A DNA stretch of 64,000 nucleotides from Lama glama (GCA_028534125.1 CM052817.1:83144001-83208000), one strand, 5' to 3'; positions 39,407 through 53,619 are shown, counted from the stretch's first letter. Numbers and translations are program-made. The notes: generated by a model not told the origin, from the letters alone.

Positions 39407-41821
39407 GATGCACAATCCAAATTACTGAATATACCTCATCTAGTTCTGGGAGTCACATTATCCACCAATGCACACTGTAAAATAATTAAGATCTGGTTTT
39501 ATACATTATCAGATAAAACACTCCTCTCATCTAGGGTCAACTTTTATTCCACAACAATTTTGGTAAGGAGGAAAATTTTGCTGCAAAGAGGAGTGACTGG
39601 AGAAACTAGAGCAAAGAGGACACATAAATCTCATGTAAACATAATAGGCAGGAAAAGTCACAATCTAAAACCAGTGATGCCAGAGAGAATGGTCAAGTAA
39701 GTTACGTGAGTACTGATATACTACAGCTTATTGATTATAGTACTGAAAGAGAAGTTTACAGATTTTTGCTTCGTTTAACAGTCAACTGACCTATCATCTA
39801 GCATCTGAGTAACATCATAAACCTAGGCAAGCCATCAGTAAAGACCCACTCCTAACCTGAGGGCCCCAATTTTTTACCTGAAAATTAAGAAAATAAATTG
39901 AGGATTTATTGACTTGAGTTTAACCGATTTCTGTGAGATCCATACATGGAATTCAGAGTGCTATGTGTCTTCTGAAATTTTAATAAAAACGATATACTTA
40001 CCTGTTGCACACAAATTACACACACTCACAGATGCATACTCATTATTCTTGGAAAAGAATCTGGAGTTTTTATTAGCTTCTCAGAAAGTGTTCTTTACAC
40101 CAAATATTTAAGAAGAAAGATAGAGAACTAGAAAGTGACGTGATTATGGATACTTGATTTACGGGGGACTCTGTCAATAAGAAAGCATGCCCCCAATGGG
40201 ATGTAGAAGGCTCCAAACCCAGGTAAGAGGAACCAAAAGGCCAAAGTAAAAAGATGAAGCTCCTGAAGCCTCTAAACTGAGGGTCTAAACAACGTCTCAA
40301 AAGTGGAGACTAGGGTAGAAGACCAGTCCCTATAACAGGGCCAATGTGGGAACAAAGAAGGAAGAATCATAGCTAAGGAGTAGGACAAACCCAGGGTTCA
40401 TCCCTAGGAACCAAATTATGGACCTAAGGAGATTCTCAGAAGCTCAACATGCACAGAGCTGCTCCAGATCTTACATCGATGAAGGCATATAAGTTCTAAC
40501 TACCTCCAAATTCTTAACAGCAACTATTATCACTGATAAACTTTCTGCCTACGGCAATGGGAATGAGTGAGCCTGTAAAGACCTGTGGTTGGAGAGGTGA
40601 GGCACACTTAGGAAATGAAGTAGAGCTAACACAATAGCAGTGAAACAAAGGCCTTGAGCCTTGGGTTCCTGTGCTTTAGTCCTCTTAGCATTTTCTAAGG
40701 AAATAACACCCTACTTGATGTATTTCAAGTTCATCTACTTTCCTAAATCTTTCCCATTAGATCTAGCAGTAAATTCCAGGTCTTCAAAGATAAACCTCAG
40801 TACAGTTGATCAAAGAAATGGTCATTCTAAAAGGAGTTTAATTAGTAGTATGTCAGATAGTCTTTTCCACCTACTAGTGGAAAAGAACAGAATTTTAATT
40901 ATAACTAAACCAACATTCTCTTTAAAACAGAAGGAATATGTTTAATTCCAAAGGGACAAAAGAAGGAAAAAGTAACCAGAATGAAGCTTTTATGATTGAC
41001 TTCTCACAATTTTCTGCTATTAACAATTTCACTTTATGGATGGTCCTCATTACCCAAGAAATGAAGGGCACAGAAAAGAACACAAAGCTTTGTTTTGAGT
41101 GTAGCCCAAAGTCCACTAGTTTAAAAGTGTCAGTGTTTTATAGTTTTAAGAAACTGTATGAACTGCAGTTACTTGTGTAAGTTCATTTTCCAAATGTGTG
41201 AACACAAATGTCTATTGTCCATGAGGAAATTTCATGCTGAGCTACAAGTGAATCATACAATTGAGCTCTCAAGCTAAGCAGCAGCCTCTGCCAAGCTAGC
41301 CATTTTGGTGAGTGGTCCTAAATTTGATACGGGGGCAAATAATTTTTTTTCTTTTCCCAGGGGGAGAAAGCTCTTTTCAAAGAGCACAGAACAGCAACAA
41401 TTTTTTTTAAAAATTCTTACTGACATTGCTTTTTTTTTCACACGAAAGAATCTAAGACTGCAATTTTTAACTTCCTTTTGTTAAAACTGCAAAAGACCAA
41501 CTAACCTGTGTCCTTAAAGCCCTGCCTTATTTTGCTCCAGATATCATTAAAATCTTTCTCCACTCTCTGCCCAGCAACTTTTTTCTAAAGCAGCATGGAA
41601 GTTCATTGTTTATATTCCCAAAAAACTCCACAGGGAGACCAGCTCCCACAATTTCTGCCCACTCCCTGGAATTATTGTGAAGGCTAACTTCTTCTGTCTC
41701 CTTAGTCATTTAGAGTCGTTTAGCATCTTTCAAAACTATTTCAGATACAACATAGCATCAGAGAAGCTATTCAAATTGGTGAATAAATCTTTCAATTTAT
41801 TCCCCTATCAAAAATTAATAG

Positions 41822-42130
41822 CTAGCAGGAGGGATCCTAGTGATGGAACTGTTCTGTATCTCGACTGTCATAGTGATCACATAAATCTGCACATGTAATA
41901 AAATTGAATAGAGCTAAATACACACATACATACATATATATGAATGAGTCCATGTAAAACTCATGAATCTAAAAAAAAGCTGATGGATTATACTGATGTC
42001 ATTTTCCTTTGTGTTATATTTATGCAAGATGTTACCACTAGAGAACACTGAGTGACGGGTATATGGATCTCTTTATATTTCTTATAACTGCATATGAATA
42101 TAAAATTATCTCAAAATACAAAGTTTTTTT
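41822..42130 (+). mobile_element. LINE-1 3' UTR end (L1MD-like)
   Basis: 'gagggatcctagtgatggaactgttctgtatctcgactg...gcaagatgttaccact...ttcttataactgcatatgaatataaaattatctcaaaata'. Confidence 0.85.
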
Positions 42131-44159
42131 TAAGTCATTAATAAATTATACATTTCAGGATGTTTTTAATTTTATCGCCTGAAAAAAGTTATTTCAGAAA
42201 TATTTAAAAGAAAATGAAAAAAAAAGAAAATGAAAATGTGCAATACAACTAGGAACAATCACCTTTGCTCTGTCCTTTCCTGATGCACGATTATGAATTG
42301 CCACTACCAGTAAGAGGGGCCCCAAGACCTTTAGCTGAGCCAGTATATGTCATTTTTAATTTTCCGATTTTAAAAAAGGTAAGCTGGTTTTAATTACATG
42401 CCTGAGTTTGGCTGCAACAGGATCTCCAGTTGGCTTCTGAGTTTTCCAAGGTAGACTGATCAATCATTCTAATTTAGGCTGAGTGTTCAGACATGCCAGA
42501 TCAGAGCCATAATGGAAGGCGATCCTACAGTAATGTTACAGACTCTACTTCTCACAAACACATATAGTTACACAAAAACATCTTAGAAGTAGATGCCTTC
42601 TTAAGATATTAAAAGGGAGATGTCCTTTAAGGTTTTCTCTTGTGTTTTTCCAAAACTAATTCTTGTGATATGTATCATATAAATAGGAGAAATGGAGAAG
42701 TTCAACTAAAACAATGAAGTTGTCAGTTAAATTTTCTAGCACGGCAGCTAGATCTCAGTTTCCTACTATGAAATGAAATGGCTTTTAAAAAATGTATATC
42801 CTAGTTTCTGCTGTCCTGTCTCTACATTCTCCAAAGCTGTGCAAAATAAGAGACACAATCTCATTTCATCCTCAAACGTGAAACATAAGGAAGCTTAGTT
42901 TCCTTAAAAGTAATCTCCCCTCCCACAAACCTTGACACCTTTCAAAGGCAAGGTTGTGAAGGTTTGACTTCAAACTTCTAAACATGTTAGTCACACTAGC
43001 TCAATCAGAATTGTCTAGGACTTAAAGAAAAAAAAATACAGCTATGTCTCAATTTTTTATAGAATCATGCATGTATGTCAGAAAATATCACAGAACTACA
43101 AATTCAAGCAAAATAACTAGCACTTGCAGCTGCAAGAGAGCTAGCAAATTTTTCAAATGCAGTTCAAAGATAAAGTGATCCAAACAGCGTATCAATTCTG
43201 ATACGAGAAGAAAAAGAATGAGGCCAGAATAGTGCTATCTGTTTTCTTCAGTGGGGTCTATTTTCAAATATCATTTTCCTCCAATTGTTCAAAGTAGCCC
43301 CTATGGTTCCAGAAATAACAATTAATAATACATTGAGTCCTGGGCTCTACCTTCTTCAGTGATAATCTACAAGTAACGACCCTCTTATCCACCCACCCTG
43401 AAGTTGTATGTAAGAGCAAAAGCCACAGTAGTACTTCAAACACTGTAAATGTCGAGAATGAAAAGTGTCAGCCTAGTAGCTCTTCTATAATGGAAACTAT
43501 AGTTAGAGGGGAAGTTACACAAATTACTGGAAAATCTAAAATACAGGCTACTTTAAATATTGTTACTTTAATTCATATAAAGCTTACATTTACATTTTAG
43601 TTTACACTTACATGTGTACACACACTTGTTACAGGAAAGTATATAATACAGGCAATATGAATTCCCAGCACCTTTTTTGTGGTCATTCTAAATCATTAAA
43701 CATTGTATCAAATGCCTGATTTAACACAACAGAATATGCATAAACTAAAAGCACAATTTGTTTCAGTAACTGTATAGAGGTGATTTTATATTACCATAAC
43801 TTTTTATTCTGTTTGTTTCATTTATGTCAGTGGAAAGCCTGCGTTGGGTAAACTAGAGAACTATTTGCAAGGAAAAACATGAAAACATTTTGTTCCTTTA
43901 AGCAGTTCTAATGTTTCTCTCTGCAATTTTGTTTACACTAGTAATTTGGGAAACTGTTTCTTTAATAGGACTTCCTCCTATGCAGGAAGCCTATTTACAC
44001 CCCCACTCCCTCCAAAATTTCAAATTACCATACAATCACAACAATGAATTTTGACTTTAGCCTAAACAAGAGAATAATGCTGATTTTTTTCAATCATTTC
44101 CATCACCTGGGGCATTAAAGGAAAGCACACAGTTCTTATCCCCATTTGCTGAAGAGGTT

Positions 44160-44380
44160 CAGTGGCTGTGCATTCTAATGCCAAGGCCTGGCTTAGCCGA
44201 AATTGGCGCATCTCCAGGCTCATTTAAATAGATGCACAAGAAGGTGTGGTCAACATCTGCCTACAAGATGGCTTGATTGGAAAGGGTTAAAGGCAGGCTA
44301 TCACTCTCCTGCCACTGTTTCCAGCATTTGCATCAGTCATGGGAAGTGATGTCACACACGTGCAACGCACATGCAAACTG
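44160..44380. promoter_or_regulatory. Candidate enhancer or internal promoter (motif cluster in unique DNA)
   Basis: NFI-like 44203-44217, TATA/MEF2-like 44221-44231, CCAAT (minus) 44276-44280, DR1-like 44284-44296, octamer ATTTGCAT 44326-44333, GGAAGT 44342-44347, TGATGTCA 44347-44354, CACGTG 44357-44362. Motif evidence only. Confidence 0.35.
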
Positions 44381-44879
44381 TAAGCACTTCACCAACTTTG
44401 AATGTGAATCTCCCACCCAAAATCATGCCCAGCTGCCTCGCACTGAGTTTCTCCACTGCCAAATTTGCTACTCTGTATAGCATTGAAAAAATGGATGGTC
44501 TTACACAAACAGCAGTTTAGTAGATTCAAGTTTTACACCACCAAGCTGTGCATAGTTTTGTTTTTATTGATTACTTCTTGCCATTTCTAGAATCACAGAG
44601 GTGGAATTGGAAGAAATACTAACAATTATGCAACACAACACTCTCATTTCACAAACAATTAAATCATACCTCCACGATAGCTTTTACCAGTTGTTCCTAT
44701 ATCATTCTTTCCCATCAGACTCAGGGGCAGGGACTGGGATTTAAAACACTTTTCTATAGCTGCACCTTAATACCTAGCAGTTACTCTAATTTGTTAAACA
44801 AATAAATGGATGGATAGATAGATGACTTCATAGAAACCATTTCACAGAGCTATCTTGGGTAACTTGAAACAGCAGATGT

Positions 44880-45050
44880 GGGCAATTAACTCAATTTGTC
44901 TAAAACTCAGTTAATTTACCCATAAAATGGGAATAATTGTAGTATCTTCCTTAAAGGATTGTTGAGCATATTCCTCTGAGATAATGTTTTTCCAAAGTTC
45001 CATAGAAAACCAGGCACATAATAAGAATTCCATAAACATTAGTTGGTTTT
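44880..45050. mobile_element. MIR SINE
   Basis: 'ctcagttaatttacccataaaatgggaataattgtagtatcttccttaaaggattgttgag...ccaggcacataataag'. Confidence 0.75.
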
Positions 45051-45212
45051 TATTTTGATAGCAGTAGTAGTATATTACCCTCCATTTCTCCTTGTTACTG
45101 TCACTCATTAACCTCTTGGTTCCTCTCACTTAAGTGTCAGGAGCTTTACCCCCTGACTTTTGGTCTTTCTCTCTTTCCCTAAATCTACCATAAGTCTGGG
45201 GTGACATCCATA

Positions 45213-45863
45213 TGAGACAGGAAGGGGGCAGGGCACAGCCATTCAAGGAATATAACAGCAATTAACATCAAAATGGTGGAGGATTCAACCCTCAGGGGGC
45301 CTTGAGGGTCCGGATGGGTGGGAGATTTGACTTCTGGTGAACCTTGAGCTTTGTTATACACCCACTGTAATATATTAACATGGTAAATAACATGCCCACA
45401 GGTGCCATGACACTCCCAAGGCTAGCCACAAAAAGTCAAAGAGTGGGAAATGGTCAACTTCCTGGGAATCCCAGCCCCTCCCCCTAGTCATTCCACTGGT
45501 CATTGGACTGGTCATTCCACTTATTAGCATATGAAGCCACTGAGCCCATAAAAACTGGCAACATGGTGCCAGTGCCTCACAGCTGCTGCCCTCTCCCTCT
45601 CCCTCTTTGGAGAGGGCCGCACTCTGTCTATGGAATGTGTACCTACTTTTAATCTGAGCACCAAACCCCCATACCTCATGGCCTTTCTCTTGCCTTTCAA
45701 TGTATCTCTCTGAATAAATCTACCTTCACTCAACTGTGGCTCGCTCTTGAATTCTTTTCTGCGTGAAGCCAAGGACCCATACTTGGCCAGGCACGTCCCA
45801 GGGGTTCAACCAAAGCCTGGGACACAGCCTTCCTCATACCCCACATCTGTTTTTCCTGCGTCA
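45213..45863 (+). mobile_element. ERV1-type solo LTR (~651 bp) inserted in an L2 remnant
   Basis: TG...CA ends with imperfect terminal inverted repeat (TGAGACAGGA / TCCTGCGTCA), TATA-like 'cccataaaaa', AATAAA near 45713, U5-like 'gctcgctcttgaattcttttctgcgtgaagccaagga'. Confidence 0.85.
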
Positions 45864-46469
45864 AATGTCCACATGAACAACTCATCAAGCCCTATTTTCA
45901 CACTTCACGGATCTTTTCATCTCCAATAACTTGCACTTTTTTCTTTCAGCTATATATGTTGCTTGACCATATACAAACTTTCTCTCTGAAACCAGTCTAC
46001 TTAGATACAGTTGCGAGTTCCACATACACATTTTTTTTAAGCCCTCTAAAGACTACAGTTACCTCAGTTGCTAACTGGGATTATAGAGGTACTTACTTCA
46101 AAGTGCTTGGTATATAGTAATATTCTGTTACTGTTAGTTCTTGTTCTTATTATCACCCAAGCTATACCATCTCTGAAATATGGAACCTCAACACTAATAT
46201 GTAATGTTTGGACACAAGTTATTCCAACTCTTTTACTAATATAAACAGCAGAAATCATAGGCTGAAAATGCATTAAAAATAAAAAAAAAGTAGGAAAATG
46301 TAGAAGTACTTAAAGAAAATAAAAAAGTTTCAAAATATAATCACTGGGAACCCCCAAAATAATAATGATGGTACTACTTTATATTAATGGACAATATATT
46401 TAGTGTACTTAGAGTAATACCTGGTCCAAAAGTGTACCAAAATAAGTATATTACGGGAATTACTAGTGA

Positions 46470-46700
46470 TTATGTACAGGCACAATTCTAAGTGCTTTCC
46501 ATAATGTGTTTTGCACACTCAGACAAGAAAACTGAGGTTCAGAGAAGCTCAATAACTTACACAAGTTATATGTCTAGCACATTGCAGAGCTGGGATTCAA
46601 TCCCACAGACCCAAGGCCATGCTGCCAGTTTATTCACGGCGGAGAAGGAGCTTAGAGCCAGGCTGTCTGATATCAGAGCCTGTGCTCTTAATTACTTTGT
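46470..46700. mobile_element. MIR SINE
   Basis: 'caggcacaattctaagtgctttcc...aaaactgaggttcagaga...gcagagctgggattcaatccca'. Confidence 0.75.
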
Positions 46701-48086
46701 CTCCCCCTAAATTACTAAAACCACAGAACACAGTTACAAGAGCATAAAAAACACACCACACATACATTTGTTCAATCAAATTTTCATATCAAACTATTTC
46801 ATTTCAACCAATTTGCTTTTAGCTGAAGTTTATGCTATTTTCAGCCCCAAGAGAGTGCCCTGGCCCTCAGGGCCAGTGTTGGACTTCATATGTAGGGCCC
46901 TGTCAGATTTCCCCCAGGGTGCACAGATGGAGACTAGACCCTTAGTCTCAGCATGTCTTGGTTGTTTTCCAGAATTCCTCACTTCACTGATTGGTGAAGA
47001 CTTGTACTCACACATAACTTAGCAAGTATAATGACAACAAGCATTTTTCTGGGATTCCATTCTGCCTTCACTGAGTCAGCTTATTTCAATACAAAGATTG
47101 GTTTGGTGACAATGCTGGAAGTACAGGTCTTCCTGCCACCATGGGGTGGAGACCTGAGCTACACAAGGCCTAGCTTACAGATAATCCACTTCAAGTGCAT
47201 TCTTTCCAGAGTTTCTGTGCAGCAGTGTACCCCAGGTACATCTTTTCTACAGGCATCTGACTCTCGTGTTTCGGTTCATGTCCTGAGCTCTCATCAGGGC
47301 CACAAAGTAAAGGAAGTAGTCATTCTTCTCCAGCCACCACTCTTCCCTGGGTGAAGTCACCTGATAATTCTATACCCACTCTCAGAACAAAGTAACAGCT
47401 TCATGCCTGGGTTAAAAATCTATTAGCTGAGGTGTATGTTAGGTTCTGAAGTGAGCCAGCAGGCAATGCATGAGAGTGAGGCAGCAATTCAGTATTGCTA
47501 TTTGTGGTCTTCGGGTTTCCTAGAGCAGGGATTTGGGAGGTAGGATGAAGGGGGGGAAAAGGGAAAAATAACATTCTCAGCCTGTAATTCAGCAGTAACC
47601 GTCAATAACGATCTTACTGGACATATCATCATTCTCCATCAGCTTTTTCCTCTATTTCAGCACAGCACCATTATAGGGAGGAGATAATTACTTAAGCAAA
47701 ACATTTCTTTTGGTTTAAACTGTCTCCTCAAAGTTTTTCTCCACAATTACAGGTCATAAAGAAGAAAAGATACCTCCTACGTATGATAGAATACTCTCAT
47801 CTATAAATCAGTTGAAAGAAAAAAAAGACACTGATTCAGTTTTAAATTTCTAAATGTGCTGTTGAAAATGGCATTAAAGGGATTAAAAATAGTTACATAA
47901 ATTATTGAATAAAATTTGTTTGCCTTTAAATACATAAGGATGTGCCCTAACTTCTTTAAGAATAAGGATTATCAGCACACAAGCTTGGTTAACAACAAAA
48001 TGTCACCAGAAACTAAATCACCTCTGTCAATGACACCCACGTTTTATACCTCTCACCCCAACTCCTTCTTGTCCTAAGTCTCTTAC

Positions 48087-48150
48087 CCCTTGGATACACG
48101 TTTCTCCTCTGTCTTCGAGGCAATTTGGGTGCTTGGCCTGAAGCAGGACT
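48087..48150 (-). other. Candidate 64-nt internal exon of an unidentified minus-strand gene
   Basis: Minus strand: pyrimidine tract 'ctttccatcttttttacctcttttactgcttttgtcactgatgttgttattag', exon AGTCCTGCTTCAGG...GTATCCAAGGG, donor gtaaga. Open in all three frames; frame 0 reads SPASGQAPKLPRRQRRNVYPR. Protein not recognised. Confidence 0.45.
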
Positions 48151-51100
48151 CTAATAACAACATCAGTGACAAAAGCAGTAAAAGAGGTAAAAAAGATGGA
48201 AAGTAATAAAAAGTATATTTGATTTTCAAGTCTATATCTTTGTTCTTCACCACAATATTTCATGTATTGAATTGTAACCATTGTGTATTTTTTATTTATT
48301 AAAACATGGATTTTTGTCATCAGCTTAGTATTCTTGAGCAATTCTCTTAATTTTTTTATTTTCTCATCTGAAAAATAAGACAACTGCTCTCTACCTGATC
48401 TCAAAAATCACCCAGTTCTTTGAGAGCGCTTCAATAAATTTATCTTGATTTCACCTTAGTTCAACTTAATCCAAAACTGGTTTGGATTATTTGGAATTGA
48501 GTGCTAAATCAAATCAAATCAAAAAATTCATCAGACTGCATAAAAACAGTGGAGAAAAATAGGAGATTAAAACACCAAAGTAATTCTTTCTTCAGAATAA
48601 TTTTTACTTCATCATGGAGAACAATTACCATAGTTAAAAAGAAATTAGTTCTGCCAGCTCCCAATCTTCCAGTGTTTGAGGAAATACTCCATCATCACTA
48701 TCAAACTTAAAAGCCAGCCCTTTCCACCAGTATTAAAGGCCTGCCCACAGGCAGTTGAAATACACACATACAAACACATACATATACACAGAGTCCTTCT
48801 GCCTTGTTCCTAAACAAATAGAAAATTTCATTCGATTTTTACATAGTTTATAATATTCCCCAGAGCATGGCATAAAATATCAGGTATCAATGTCAATTCC
48901 TGACAACACTTATTACAGGTCCGAGGCCCGTACTCAGATAAAGGACATTTCACAAATTCCCTGAGTTTAATGTTCTCTTTTTGGCTCCTCTACCATAGTC
49001 ACTATTTCTAATTCTTTTCGGTCCACAGATCTGCTAGAGTGCAACACAAAACCACAGAAATGTCGAAAACAAGTGTTGGAAATAAGAATAGTAAAATCCC
49101 AACTGCACATACAAAAGAAAAAACATGTGTACAAAATTGCTTCCAAACATTTAAAATATATTTATCCTCAATTTGTAATATTTGAATTCCACAGGAATTA
49201 AAGGCTGAGAATTAAAATAATGTATCAGCTAGAGAGCAAAAATGCATCATTTTTGGCTCAGTCTGTCATCTGTGGTGAATCAGATTTTTTTTCAGTTTAA
49301 CCCAATTTAAGCATAAAAATGAAATAGCTCAGAAAAGCAGAAAGCAGCAATAGTCTCCCAACCCAACAATTATTAGGACACACAGATATTTAACTCCATA
49401 CAATTACCTTAACAATTTTCAAAAAGTTAGTATTTCTACTCAACTGTTACATGTGAAAAGTTGTTTTAAGTACTGTAATTTCTAACAGTACCTTATAAAC
49501 TGTGTGTATGATAAGAATTCACATTTATATTAATAATGCAGTCAATAGACAGGTACATGTGGTACTCTATTTTTTATTATATTCTAGAGGAGTAAGAACT
49601 GATATTTACCTTGTCAATATTTCATGATCTGTATACTTTTTCTACTTTCTCCTCCTCACAACCACTTTAATTGCATTTACTCTTCACATCAATAAGGCGA
49701 AGTAAGTATTGTTATTTTCAGTTTATAACAGGAAAAATAAGCAACTGAGGCAAGGGGGAGTAAGTAACTTACTCTAAGTCTCACTACTGCTATGTGACAG
49801 AATTAGTAACCAAACACAGGCCAATATGACTCTAACACAGAGGAGATTACATTAAAAAAAAAATAGTAGATCACCCGAGAATCCCCAGTACCTAAAAAAT
49901 ATTAAGCTAATTCTACTTCACCAGAACTCATCCATTCAGACAGATAGCCTGGTGCTAGAACTTGTCTCATAGGATATGGTATTAAATGCCCCCTATAAAG
50001 TTTCACACTGAAAACAAATCAAAGCAAACAATATAAGCCATCAACAGCAATCTTGCCTTCCAAAGAAATCTGTGTCATACAGCAGATCCTTGAAAACTTT
50101 TACCCATTAAGTGTGATATTTAATATCTCTCAAAACTTTATTTTCATTATTGAACAATTATTTCCAAAATCTTAAGTTTCATTCAATCTAAAATTTGGAA
50201 ATAAGATCACACACTTTTCTTAACATCCTACCCTTTGTTGTTTCCTCCTTTTTTCCTATCCTTATAATGCCTGTTTTTCATTGCTCTATATGTACTAACC
50301 ATTCAATATTACTAAAAACTTCTAGGATTTTACATAATAGAAAACATTAGTCTCTGAGTTTAAAGATTTCATGGTAAGGGTAAGGAAGCAAAGAAATAAA
50401 GACCTTCAGAATTACTCAGTATATTTACATGATTCTCTATAAGCAGCAGTATTAGCTTCTAATTATTGAGTACCTATTAAAATGCCAACCACTGTATCAA
50501 GTGCTTTATATATCTGATCTTGTTTTATTTCAGCTGCAAGCTTTTGAGCTATTATCACAAATTAAGCCAAAGATAAAAAGAACAGCTTCAGAAGCTTTAA
50601 ATATCTTGATCAAACTGATACAATTAGCTAATGACAGGACGGGGTCTCTAACTCAAGTCTGTCTGACCTCATTTTATTTATTTAGTCTACCAAAGTCAGA
50701 CAGGCCTAGGTTCAAATCCCAGAACTCTCACTTAAAGCAGTGTTCAAATTGTTTGGAAAGGCAACAAATCAACTCGAAAATGTCTGCTGTAGATGAGAAT
50801 GAGCACAGCCTGTTCAGACACCCTGAAAATACCCATCTGCTGGATCAGAGGCTTCTCATTGGAAGGCACCTGTCCATTCACTAAAATACAGTCAGACGTA
50901 GGTTGGGAGAAGATGGTACCAAACTGGATAAGTGCCAATTTTGGACCCCATATGTAGTAAATCACCTTCAATATAGCACTTATGTAATTTTCCAGAATGA
51001 GACAGTTAACGCACTCTAAACTCTGCAAACTCCAGTAGTGAAGAATTTCGGAAATTTCATTCAGAGATTGGGCCTCTTCCTGTAATTCCATGCAGCGTTT

Positions 51101-52839
51101 GTGTATCTAGCAACTACAGCATCTGTAGAGTCATTGAATTGTAAAGGAAATAATAAAGCTATTCCCATCAAGTAAAATGGCTGTTGCACTGCCCTGAAAT
51201 CCTGACTAATTAGAACATGTGCAGAGAATCTGTATTTGTCCCAGTGGGTGACCACAGTGACCTTTCATGTCTAAGATTTGGCAATACATCTTGGGTTGGG
51301 CCATACTAGAAAGTATGAATGATGTCCCCAGCCAAGAACGGATTTATCTGATTCAGAATGTCAGAGTGTCAAATAATCTCTTCATTACATTTTTTTTACA
51401 TTCTATTCCTAAGGTATTATTGGTAAGTTACCTGCAATATATATGTACCCATATATCCTTTCCTAATGACCAGATTCAGCTTTTTGGCAATATCTTCTGA
51501 AGAGAGGTCTAGAGTAGAAGAATAGGGCATTGATGTCAGATTCCACATTCACTGGCAGGTACAGATAGAAAAGTACACAGTACCTACATAGATGTGATTC
51601 AAACCAGTTCTTATTCCCTCACTTTCCAAATAGTAAACATATTCTGTTTTCCACTTGTAATTTAGTGGGCGGTATTGCTTATTTTATATATGAATGGCAG
51701 AGACAAATCCACATCAGTATAAACAACTGCACTTTGTATTTCTCATTCTCAAACCCAGCCCTATCCATCTTATCATAATAGCTATTGCTTGCACTGAGGA
51801 AAGTGCCATTGGACATACCTACACCTCCTTGCCACACAGCAGCTTAATTCTAATCTGGCTTAAACAGTTACTTTAAATAAGTTAGGTTTTTCCTTTTAGG
51901 AGTCCATATATTCCTTTCATCTAACAAATGAATCTCAGCTTTATCACTGCATCAAGATTAATCCATATATAGGAGGGAATATTTCGTATCATTCTGACAA
52001 AAGAAAGAAGAAATATGCTTCCTCCTCCTTCTAAAACAACAGAGACATGGTTCAAAGCCACCATTTCAGGTATGTGTGAATAAAACTTTTTTATATGTCA
52101 ATTTCATGCTTCTACAAAGGATAAAGCCAAAGATGATTATAAAGAATCAACTGACCTAATGCTGAAAAAGGACCAAAAAGAGCTCCAATCTATATACTTG
52201 GGTGCCATAGGGCTTGTGCCTTCATTTTCTTACTTAAATGGAAGAGGTAAATGGACTGAAAGAATTTCGTTACATAAGAATATTATGAGAATAAATGCTT
52301 AAGGAATATTCCACAGCATAACTTTGAAGAGGTACCTAGAGCATTAACCCAAAGTAAAAAGGCAGAGACAACCTAAGTCTGTATCATATTTCTAGGTACT
52401 GTCACACCTGTCAGTGGGCTTGATAACTACACTAGAATTAGGGCCCCAAAGCTGCCTGAACCATGAAAATGTCTCTATGGCACAACATACAGTAATTTTG
52501 TGGCTTAAAGAAAAAATATATTCCAATCAAAAAAAAAAAAAAGCCACCACAACAGATTTTAAAAGATCTCTTGCCCATCTTAGAATCTCTCGGCAGAATT
52601 TGAGAAAAGGATTATCTATCTACAAAAATGTGAACAAGAATAGAATAAACAAGGGTATGAAACCTACACTTGTTTCTCATTATGAAAAACACCAGATTCT
52701 GAAACAGCAGCAGTCATTCCACTCATAAGTAAGTGAAGCGTGCACACTGAAGTCACCACCACCAGAGCTATTTGAGAGCATTTGGCGAGAGATATTCACT
52801 GAGATTTAATCCTAACACTGGAATTCTCCCCTAGTCAAA

Positions 52840-53035
52840 AAGAGTTCTTCCAAATCATGGCTTGTTAGCCTGGGGTCTGTGAACAGGCTTCACAGCAGAA
52901 CATAAAACTGTATGATAAATTGTGTGAGGATATGGATTTTATGTATTTTCCAATGGAGAGAGTATGCAGATTTCATTAGATTTGCAAAGGGGCTCATAAA
53001 TTTAAAAAAAAAAAAAGTAAGAACAACTATTTTGG
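52840..53035. mobile_element. hAT-Charlie-type DNA transposon remnant (Charlie4z-like)
   Basis: 'cctggggtctgtgaacaggctt...tggagagagtatgcagatttcattagatttgcaaaggggctcat...aaaaagtaagaacaact'. Confidence 0.65.
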
Positions 53036-53619
53036 GTCCTGAACAAATGAACCCATGTTCTAGTTTTTGGTTTTAACGGTCTCTCTTTAATAAGCCTAAC
53101 AACGCCACCTGAGTTACATAAGACATTTGAACATTATCACTTTATCACTTTATCAGTCATTAATGACCAATGACTTTCTCTTTAACTTATAAATTATCCA
53201 CAATAGAGTTCAATTCATAATACCCAATCTCTGTACTTGGTCAATGTTGGTTGTGACTATCTGAACCCACTGCAGAGATCTCAGGAGAATATGATTGGGG
53301 TGGGTCATTCCACACTCTTCAGAATTCTCATTGATTTACCATCTAAAATACTGAACCAAAATATTTTTCTAAAAAAGGTACGTTCTTTCCTCTCTTACTG
53401 TCTTATCTTCCTTTCAGATACAGAATAAGCTCAAAAAACTCAAAAAAGCACCCCATTTGATATTTCTGGTAGAATTGATGAGCATAAGATGAAAAATCTA
53501 GTTTTATTACTACTTATAAATAGTTTGTCTTAACAGAGCAACTTTCTTCCAAATTGTTCCACATGCTCTGTCTTTTACTATTTCTTTTATTGTCAACATA
53601 TAACATAATGTTTAAGATC

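Noticed and set aside
39995..40130. Perfect minus-strand donor CAG|GTAAGT near 40000
   Set aside because: Upstream sequence does not look coding and has no convincing paired acceptor; isolated donors are common.
50744..51106. Minus ORF (IHKRCMELQEEAQSLNEISEILHYW...) that looks protein-like
   Set aside because: Weak acceptor and donor, no recognisable family, length within chance range.
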